A DNA stretch of 64,000 bases from Fusobacteriaceae bacterium UBA2433 (GTDB taxonomy: Bacteria; Fusobacteriota; Fusobacteriia; Fusobacteriales; Fusobacteriaceae). The translations under genes and the position numbers were made by a program. The stretch covers positions 18,752 through 82,751 of the forward strand of contig DDQV01000122.1 in NCBI GenBank assembly GCA_002342785.1, given 5' to 3'. Below the pieces are notes generated by a model. It ran no database searches. It had not been told where the DNA came from and saw only the letters and a list, made by a program, of their open reading frames with translations. This document shows positions 1-6,922 of this stretch, piece by piece (positions within the stretch are counted from its first letter, which is position 1; every line of letters starts with the position of its first letter).

Positions 1-16
1 ATAATAGCATTATTTT

Positions 17-228
17 AAATTACTGTAATTTTGGCATAAAATAAGGCCACTGAGTAACCTCTTAAGGCTATTTCTGATACCACTAAAGCTACTTTTGAGC
101 ATTTTCATTTTTTCACCTCTGAGTCCCAATAATACCAAGGGTTAGAAGGCTTTATTCTAGGGGGTGGATCTCTCTACAACATATAAATACAAGGGAGACT
201 TTTTAGAGGGGGCTTAGAAGGCAAATGA
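17..228. repeat. Copy 1 of a duplicated non-coding element downstream of the pilin gene
   Basis: Shares AAATTACTGTAATTT (17-31), TAAAATAAGGCCACT and an 89-bp core (140-228) with copy 2; 81/89 identical by manual alignment. Confidence 0.9.
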
Positions 229-269
229 GAGAGGATAAAAAAAAGGATATAATAAAAAATTAAATCTTT

Positions 270-297
270 GTCACCAATTACACAAATTTTCATGAAT
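270..297 (+). repeat. Short CACNAATT(T)A-unit repeat, copy A
   Basis: GTCACCAATTACACAAATTT (270-289) matches the reverse complement of 3784-3803 at 19/20. Confidence 0.7.
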
Positions 298-330
298 ATA
301 TATTCTTTTTTGAAATAATAAAGTTATTAT

Positions 331-551
331 AAATTACTGTAATTTCACTATGATTTTAGGGTAAAATAAGGCCACTAAAAAGACCTTTAGTCCATGTTGT
401 GGACCTTTAGTCTTTTTTATGGTCTAAGTTATTTTTCGCCCCTCAACCCCAATATTTTCAATGGTTAGAAGGCTTTATTCTAGGGGGTAGATTTCTCCAC
501 AACGTATAAATACAAGGGGAAGTTTTTTGAGGGGGCTTAGAAGGCAAATGA
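331..551. repeat. Copy 2 of the duplicated non-coding element
   Basis: AAATTACTGTAATTT at 331-345, TAAAATAAGGCCACT at 362-376, core at 463-551. Confidence 0.9.
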
Positions 552-591
552 AAAAGAAAAAAAGGAGCTGAGATTTATATCAGATCCTTTT
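552..591 (-). terminator. Intrinsic terminator of the pilin gene
   Basis: AAAGGA.CTGA...TCAG.TCCTTT hairpin followed on the minus strand by a U-rich run, about 10 nt after the pilin stop. Confidence 0.7.
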
Positions 592-601
592 TATGTTTAA
601 C

Positions 602-1075
602 TTAATATTCTATCCACTCTTTTCCTTCTGTACTATACTTATAACCCGTTCCTTGGCTTGATTCTTCATCAAATTTAACTGTCAAATCATCATTATCTGA
701 TTCAATCAATAATTCTATATTTCCTCCATACTTCATTTCTCCTCCAGTTTCTGCTGTTCTACTTCCACCTATTTTAGCAGTAATAGAACTTCCACTCGTA
801 TCTATTACTTTTTGTGATGCGTCATCCAATTTTGCAACTATTGCTCCCATAGTTGGAGCAGTTATACTTCCATCATCTGAATCTCTTATCATTGAATCAA
901 TAAACAATACTGATCCTGCCGTTCTTGCCGCTCCTAATAATGCAATTGCCTTAGCATCTTTAGCTTTAGCTAACTGCTCTCTTAACTTTGGTGCTAATGT
1001 TGTTGCAAGTATTCCGATTATTGCGATTACTACTAATAATTCAATTAGAGTGAATCCTTTTTTTAATCTCTTCAT
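602..1075 (-). CDS. pilA: Type IVa prepilin (probable major pilin)
   Basis: Short basic leader MKRLKKG|FTLIELLVVIAIIGILA with G-1/F+1/E+5 class III signal; strong GGAGG RBS; own promoter and terminator. Confidence 0.9.
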   Translation of the reverse strand: MKRLKKGFTLIELLVVIAIIGILATTLAPKLREQLAKAKDAKAIALLGAARTAGSVLFIDSMIRDSDDGSITAPTMGAIVAKLDDASQKVIDTSGSSITAKIGGSRTAETGGEMKYGGNIELLIESDNDDLTVKFDEESSQGTGYKYSTEGKEWIEY

Positions 1076-1194
1076 ATTCGTTCCTCCTATTAATTACGTT
1101 ACTTATTTTTGTTTCCTATTATAACATATTAACTAAAAAATAAAAATTCCTTTTTTTTTATTAATTTTTTTACTAAAATTTTTATTACTCTTAT

Positions 1195-1224
1195 ATTTTA
1201 TATGATATTAAAGTGTTATGTCAA
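1195..1224 (-). promoter_or_regulatory. Candidate sigma70 promoter of the pilin gene
   Basis: TTGACA-N18-TAAAAT on the minus strand; a second extended -10 (TGTTATAAT) lies at about 1119-1127. Confidence 0.55.
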
Positions 1225-1369
1225 GTTTATTAGCCTTTATTAGTAAAAATTAATTTAAAGTACTATTTTATAATGTATATTTTTCTTATTTATTATTAAT
1301 TTTTATAAAAAGTATCTTAAAAAATAATTCCAACTAAATTTTTATTAAAAAAATAATTTTAATATATTT

Positions 1370-2056
1370 TTAATTTTTTTCCATATATTTTTTAATTTTT
1401 CTTATACCTATCTCTTTGTATTTTTCATCTTTAGAGTTTAAGAGGATCCCCCAATATTTAAAAGCTTTCTCTAAATCTTTTCTATTTCCTTGTTTCTTAT
1501 ACCTTCTTTCATAGAGATAAGCTACCATATTTGTTAAAAGATCATCTCTAGTTTCATTGACTACCTTTTCAAAATTTATAAGTAATCCATCCATATTATT
1601 TTTAGAAGCTGCCATCATCCCTGCAAAATAATTTTTTAGAATTGAATTATCTGGATTATACTCTATCCCCTTCTCATATATCTCTGTGGCCAAATCAAAT
1701 CTTTTATAGATCTTAATAAGTCCTAAGATACTTCCACTAAAATTATAGTTTGTAATAAAATAAGGATCTAAATATGATATCTTATCGGAGTTGTTTTTTA
1801 TTTTTTTTATTACTATCTCAGGATCTCCTCCCTCTCCTACAGATAATATTTGATCGATCCATATAAATGCTGTTCCGACTTTTTTCATCCCCATAATTTT
1901 TAAAAGAAGGGTATTTTGATTCATTCCATCTGTACCCTTATATCCACTTTTTAATAAGATATCTTCATCTACCTTGAGATACGGATTTAAAAAAAATAAC
2001 AAAGCCAAACAACTGAGGACTATATATATTTTACTGTCTTTAATCAATAATATCAC
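1370..2056 (-). CDS. PilG/XapA-like membrane-anchored TPR-like protein associated with the ABC module
   Basis: N-terminal TM segment; IWI..I...G...I..LDP.F...Y.F.G..L.......A..IYEKG...NP pattern and TPR-like helices; follows the ABC ATPase and permease genes. Exact start uncertain. Confidence 0.6.
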   Translation of the reverse strand: MILLIKDSKIYIVLSCLALLFFLNPYLKVDEDILLKSGYKGTDGMNQNTLLLKIMGMKKVGTAFIWIDQILSVGEGGDPEIVIKKIKNNSDKISYLDPYFITNYNFSGSILGLIKIYKRFDLATEIYEKGIEYNPDNSILKNYFAGMMAASKNNMDGLLINFEKVVNETRDDLLTNMVAYLYERRYKKQGNRKDLEKAFKYWGILLNSKDEKYKEIGIRKIKKYMEKN

Positions 2057-2069
2057 ACCCTTTTTTCAT

Positions 2070-2822
2070 CTATAATCTTTTCTTTTGAAAAACTATATTA
2101 GTAGCAGTTATAACACAAGTTATATAGATAAAAACATATCCAAAGATCAATAAATAATTTGTATCTGTTGTTATTAGATGATCCCTATAATTTAATAGAT
2201 TAAATTTTGGTAAAATAATATATAACAGATCTAATATCCATTGAAATAAACTTCCAGTTAATTTTTCTGAGATAGCTTTTATCTCCATAACTCCATGTCC
2301 TAAAATATACGTAAACAAAGTAAAGATTGTAGAGGTCACAGTAGAATCTGAGATTATAGAAAAAAATATTCCTAAACTACTAAGGATAGATAGTTTTAAT
2401 CCTATAAAAAATAAAGCTCGTATATACCACCAGTCAAACTCTCCTTTGGTATATAAGATTATCCCTAATATTCCCCCCATAACAAATACATTACAAAATA
2501 CAGAATAGATTATCCCTAAGTTTATTCCTATAATATATTTAGATTTAGTCACAGCTTTGGTAAGAACCAGATATATAGATTTTTCTGTCACAGCTTTTAT
2601 CACATAGGTAGAAGATATATATACTGTTATAAGCATTATCAAAAATTCCGTAAAAAATAGTCCACTGTCTCGAATAACTCTTCCCCCTTCGTAGAGGGCT
2701 ACCTTATCTAATAAAGTTGTAAAAAATATAGATAAAACTCCAAAATATAAGATCCCATTAAACACCTTATTAGATATATTTTCCTTTAATGTATACTTTC
2801 CAATAGTCAGTATTTTTTTCAT
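2070..2822 (-). CDS. ABC-2 type transporter permease (PilI-like)
   Basis: About 6 TM segments; E....SIYLVLTK.V.KS.YI.G motif typical of ABC-2 permeases; adjacent to the ATPase gene. Confidence 0.85.
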   Translation of the reverse strand: MKKILTIGKYTLKENISNKVFNGILYFGVLSIFFTTLLDKVALYEGGRVIRDSGLFFTEFLIMLITVYISSTYVIKAVTEKSIYLVLTKAVTKSKYIIGINLGIIYSVFCNVFVMGGILGIILYTKGEFDWWYIRALFFIGLKLSILSSLGIFFSIISDSTVTSTIFTLFTYILGHGVMEIKAISEKLTGSLFQWILDLLYIILPKFNLLNYRDHLITTDTNYLLIFGYVFIYITCVITATNIVFQKKRL

Positions 2823-2854
2823 TTTTTTCTCCTTTCTTTAATAGGATTTTTTTA

Positions 2855-3622
2855 TTAATTAGTTCGTAGTTCAATCATTGTTTTTATAAAATAATCTTTC
2901 AATAAAAAATTATCCTGTTTTAATTCAATTTTTTTCATATCTAATACTTCTACTAACTTTCCTTTATTTATTATAGCTACCTTATCTGCTATATTAGCTA
3001 CATCTTCTAGTATATGGGTATTAAAAAATATTGTAGTTCCCTTAGATTTTAATTCTAATATTATTTCTATTACCATTTCACGGGCTAGAGGATCTAACCC
3101 AGACATAGGCTCATCTAAAAATAATAACTTAGGATCGTTTAATATTGCTTGTGCTATCCCAACTTTTTGAAGCATCCCCTTGGAAAATTTTTCTAGTCTA
3201 TCTTTTTTCCTAGAGATCAAATCTAATTTCGTTAATATTATATCTATTTTTTTATCTAATTTATTTTTAGGAATATTATAGAGTTCCCCGTAATATCTCA
3301 TTAGATCTATGAGTTTCATACTCTTTGGATAATAAGAAATTTCCGGAAGATAACCTACCTTTTCAAAATCTTTTCCCCTTAATCCCTTTTTTCCAAATAC
3401 CTCTATCTCACCTTTATCTGGTTTCATAAGTCCTAGGATACATTTTAATGTACTGGTCTTTCCAGATCCATTTAAACCTATTATAGAAAAAATATTTCCT
3501 TCCTCTACATCAAAGGAGATATTTTCTATCCCTATACTTTTATTTGATCCCTTCATCTTTTTAAATATATCTCTTTCCTTATAATCTAAAGATATATCTT
3601 TTACAGAAATAATTTTTTTCAT
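2855..3622 (-). CDS. ABC transporter ATP-binding protein (PilH-like)
   Basis: Walker A GLNGSGKT, signature FSKGMLQK, Walker B LLFLDEP, H-loop; likely start MKKII at 3622 behind an AAGGGG RBS (ORF track starts 3652). Confidence 0.92.
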   Translation of the reverse strand: MKKIISVKDISLDYKERDIFKKMKGSNKSIGIENISFDVEEGNIFSIIGLNGSGKTSTLKCILGLMKPDKGEIEVFGKKGLRGKDFEKVGYLPEISYYPKSMKLIDLMRYYGELYNIPKNKLDKKIDIILTKLDLISRKKDRLEKFSKGMLQKVGIAQAILNDPKLLFLDEPMSGLDPLAREMVIEIILELKSKGTTIFFNTHILEDVANIADKVAIINKGKLVEVLDMKKIELKQDNFLLKDYFIKTMIELRTN

Positions 3623-3671
3623 CTTAATTAACCCCTTTTCGTCATAATACATATTTTGACATAAACTATCG

Positions 3672-3765
3672 CAATATTCTATGTTTACGACAGTAAACTA
3701 ATAGTATATTGGTGATGCCCACATCGGGTAAGGTCTGACTTTAAAATAACGACAAAACCTGACTT
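3672..3765 (-). other. GC-enriched structured intergenic element between pilC and the ABC ATPase
   Basis: 16-bp interrupted hairpin 3672-3711 plus small alternative stems; 17/31 G+C at 3711-3741 in an AT-rich spacer; no known motif recognised. Confidence 0.4.
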
Positions 3766-3775
3766 CTTTTTTTTC

Positions 3776-3803
3776 ATTTGTGTAAATTTGTGTAATTCGT
3801 GAC
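3776..3803 (-). repeat. Short CACNAATT(T)A-unit repeat, copy B (inverted relative to copy A)
   Basis: Minus strand GTCACGAATTACACAAATTTACACAAAT. Confidence 0.7.
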
Positions 3804-3848
3804 TATTTTTTTTATCTTTTAATTATAATTTTTTTACTTTTTTTCATA

Positions 3849-5048
3849 TTATCCCACCACATCAGACATCTTAAATAATGGAAGGAACATGGCTATAATT
3901 AAAATTCCTACCCCTACTGCCATAAATAAAATTATTAAAGGTTCAAATGCAGCAAGTAAATTTCTAACTGCTTCCTCAAGTTCCATCTCAGTAAAATCTG
4001 CTACTTTTTCTAAAATTTCAGATAGTTGTCCACTTTCCTCCCCAACTTCTATCATATCTGTTACCATAGCTGGAAATTGTCCACTATCTGCTAGTGGCTT
4101 ATATATACTAGCTCCATCTCTTATACTATCTTTGGCTCCTAATATCGCTTCTGCAATCAATGTATTTCCTACAATCTCCGCAGCTATATCAAAAGACATA
4201 AGGATAGTTACTCCACTATTTAGAAGAGTAGACATAGTTCTTGTAAATCTAGCCATAGCTGTTTTTCTAACAAATGGTCCTAGGAGGGGCATCTTCAATA
4301 ATATAATATCAAAATATCTTTTTCCTTTAGGTTTTCCTATGATTTTTTTCATACCATAAAAAATTCCTACTACTCCTGCAAAGAATAGATACCAATATTT
4401 AGAAGCAATCTCACTGGCTCTCATAACCATTCTAGTAAGTAGCGGCATCTCAACTCCTGTTCCTTCAAATAACAACATAAATTTTGGAATTATAAAAGCT
4501 AACATGAAAAACATTACAACCATAGCTGTAAAAAATACTACAGATGGATAGATCATAGCTCCCTTTACCTTTCCTTTTATCTCCTCAGATTTTTCTAAAG
4601 ATGTAGCTACCTTCATAAGTACTACATCTAACATCCCTGAAGCTTCTCCTGCTTTTACCATACTTACATATAATTTATCAAAATATTTAGGATGTTTTGA
4701 TAGACACGCTGCTAAAGGCATCCCTGAACTTATCTCTTCTTTTATTTGACTTACAACCTCTTTCAATTTAGGATTTTGAATCTGAGATTCTAAAATTTCA
4801 AAACATCTGATAAGTCCTACCCCTGCATTTATCATGGTAGATAATCCCCTTGTAAAAACTGCTATATCTTTAGCTTTTACCCTTTGGAACATCCCTCCTT
4901 TTTTACTAAGTTTACTTTTTTTACTAGCTTTTACTAAGATTAATTTTTCTTGTCTCAATAATTTTTTTAATTCTACAGGAGAACTAGCTTCCATCTCTCC
5001 ATCTGTTTTTTTACCATGACTATCTAGGGCAATATATTTATATAACAT
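3849..5048 (-). CDS. pilC: Type IV pilus inner-membrane platform protein (T2SS F family)
   Basis: Two T2SSF repeats (AGEASGMLD..., GEESGQL...) and 3 TM segments; likely start MLYKY at 5048 (GGAG RBS). Confidence 0.93.
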   Translation of the reverse strand: MLYKYIALDSHGKKTDGEMEASSPVELKKLLRQEKLILVKASKKSKLSKKGGMFQRVKAKDIAVFTRGLSTMINAGVGLIRCFEILESQIQNPKLKEVVSQIKEEISSGMPLAACLSKHPKYFDKLYVSMVKAGEASGMLDVVLMKVATSLEKSEEIKGKVKGAMIYPSVVFFTAMVVMFFMLAFIIPKFMLLFEGTGVEMPLLTRMVMRASEIASKYWYLFFAGVVGIFYGMKKIIGKPKGKRYFDIILLKMPLLGPFVRKTAMARFTRTMSTLLNSGVTILMSFDIAAEIVGNTLIAEAILGAKDSIRDGASIYKPLADSGQFPAMVTDMIEVGEESGQLSEILEKVADFTEMELEEAVRNLLAAFEPLIILFMAVGVGILIIAMFLPLFKMSDVVG

Positions 5049-5071
5049 AATCCACACTCCAACCTATTTTT

Positions 5072-6796
5072 TTATGATAAAGTAACTCTCATCACCTCGT
5101 CTAAACTAGTTACTCCTAATATTGCTTTTTTTATTCCTGAATCTCTTAGAGTATCCATCCCTTTTTTTATTGCTAGATCTTTTATCTCTATACTAGTTGT
5201 AGTTTCAGAGATAAGATTTTTCATCTCATCATCGACTTCTAATATCTCATATATAACACTTCTTCCCTTATAACCTGTGTTATTACATTTTGAACAACCA
5301 GCTCCTATTTTAAAATCTACATCTCTATAATCATCTTTATTTATACCCATAGCTAATAATTTTTTATTTGCTTCATCATCTGTTTCTATACAATGAGGAC
5401 AAATTTTTCTAACTAATCTTTGAGCTATAATCATAGATACAGAAGCAGAGATCAAAAATGCTTCTACACCCATATTTAATAATCTATGGATTGTTGCAGA
5501 GGAATCATTTGTATGAAGAGTTGATAAAACTAGATGTCCTGTCAAAGCTGCTTTAATAGAGATCTCTGCAGTTTCTCCATCTCTTATCTCCCCTACCATT
5601 ATGATATCTGGATCTTGTCTCAAAAAACTTCTAAGAGTAGCAGCAAAGGTTAATCCTATATCTGGTCTACATTGTACTTGATTTATTCCTTCTAATTCAT
5701 ATTCTACTGGATCTTCTGCTGTGGATATGTTTACATGTTCCTCATTTAATTTATCTAATATAGAATATAAAGTTGTAGATTTTCCAGATCCAGTAGGCCC
5801 TGTCACTAATATAATTCCATATGGATCTTTAATTATTCTATTTATTGTTTTTAATGCTTTTTCATCATAACCTAAACTAGCCAGATCTAATTGAACAGAT
5901 CCCCTATCTAATATCCTCATTACTACCTTTTCTCCATGGATAGTTTTTAGAGTTGACACACGAAAATCAACTTGTCTATCACCCATTTTTATCCTAAATC
6001 TTCCATCTTGTGGGAGTCTTTTTTCCGATATATCTAGATCACACATAATTTTTATCCTAGATACTATTGCATTCATAATATGTTTAGGCATTTTTTTTAC
6101 AGTTATTAACAGCCCGTCTAATCTATATCTTATCCTTATCTCTTTTTCATAAGGTTCTATATGGATATCACTGGCTTGCAATTTTACAGCTTTTACTATT
6201 ATAGCATTTACACCTTTTACTACAGGTGCACTATCAGAACCCAAACTAGTAACTATATCTTCATCTTTACTGATATCCTCAATCTCTATATCTTCCTCTG
6301 CAAATTTATTTAATTCCTCTAAGACACTATCTGTTTGAGTCTCTGTTTTCAAATCTTTTTTATGAATATACCTTTCTAAATACTCAATTATATTAGTTTT
6401 CATTGCAAGTACTGGTTTAATAATCATATTGGTTTTCATTTGTAGTTCATCTATTAGAAATGTATCTTTTGGATTTTCCATGGCTATCATGAGTTTTTTT
6501 CCATTTATTCGTAAGGGAAGAACAACTTTTTCTCTCATATATCCTTCCGGCAAGATTGATAACACATCTAATTTTAAATCTTTTTCATCTATGACTTTTA
6601 CCTTTACTCTATTTTGTTCTCCTAAGGCATCTAACATATTTTCCCCATCTAAATAACCCATCTTTATGAGAATTTCACCTAATTTTTCTTTAGTTTTTTT
6701 CTGTTCTTCCAATGCTTCTTCTAAGGAAGCTCTTGTTATTAGATTTTTTTCTACCAGAATTTCTCCGATCCCTTGCCTTCTTTTCACTACTACCAT
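5072..6796 (-). CDS. pilB: Type IV pilus assembly ATPase (GspE/PilB)
   Basis: MshEN-like N-terminus (IGEILV...LEEALEEQ...LGEILI), Walker A GPTGSGKST, Asp box, AALTGHLVLSTLHTN, CxxC/CxxC Zn site; likely start MVVVK at 6796 (GAGGGG RBS). Confidence 0.95.
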   Translation of the reverse strand: MVVVKRRQGIGEILVEKNLITRASLEEALEEQKKTKEKLGEILIKMGYLDGENMLDALGEQNRVKVKVIDEKDLKLDVLSILPEGYMREKVVLPLRINGKKLMIAMENPKDTFLIDELQMKTNMIIKPVLAMKTNIIEYLERYIHKKDLKTETQTDSVLEELNKFAEEDIEIEDISKDEDIVTSLGSDSAPVVKGVNAIIVKAVKLQASDIHIEPYEKEIRIRYRLDGLLITVKKMPKHIMNAIVSRIKIMCDLDISEKRLPQDGRFRIKMGDRQVDFRVSTLKTIHGEKVVMRILDRGSVQLDLASLGYDEKALKTINRIIKDPYGIILVTGPTGSGKSTTLYSILDKLNEEHVNISTAEDPVEYELEGINQVQCRPDIGLTFAATLRSFLRQDPDIIMVGEIRDGETAEISIKAALTGHLVLSTLHTNDSSATIHRLLNMGVEAFLISASVSMIIAQRLVRKICPHCIETDDEANKKLLAMGINKDDYRDVDFKIGAGCSKCNNTGYKGRSVIYEILEVDDEMKNLISETTTSIEIKDLAIKKGMDTLRDSGIKKAILGVTSLDEVMRVTLS

Positions 6797-6922
6797 AATT
6801 GTCCCCTCTGTTAAAGTCATTACTTACTTTTATATCTTATATAATATATTATAATTGTCTTTTTTTCTACCCCTCACCTATAATTAACTTAATTTTCTAA
6901 ATTATAATTTTATTTTTATTTT

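Noticed and set aside
1-600. CRISPR array
   Set aside because: Only two long copies, with no regular short repeat-spacer periodicity and no cas genes
602-1075. Geobacter-type conductive e-pilin suggested by the xap-like ABC neighbours
   Set aside because: The mature pilin is about 150 aa with only 8 aromatic residues and long aromatic-free gaps, so it does not fit short or aromatic-dense e-pilins
3672-3765. c-di-GMP-I/II, ZTP, fluoride or raiA RNA; tRNA fragment ending GGGCATCACCA
   Set aside because: Only short partial resemblances; hallmark segments (for example GUGCAACCG, GGCAAAC..GACGCAAA, a T-loop) are missing. Kept only as an unknown structured element
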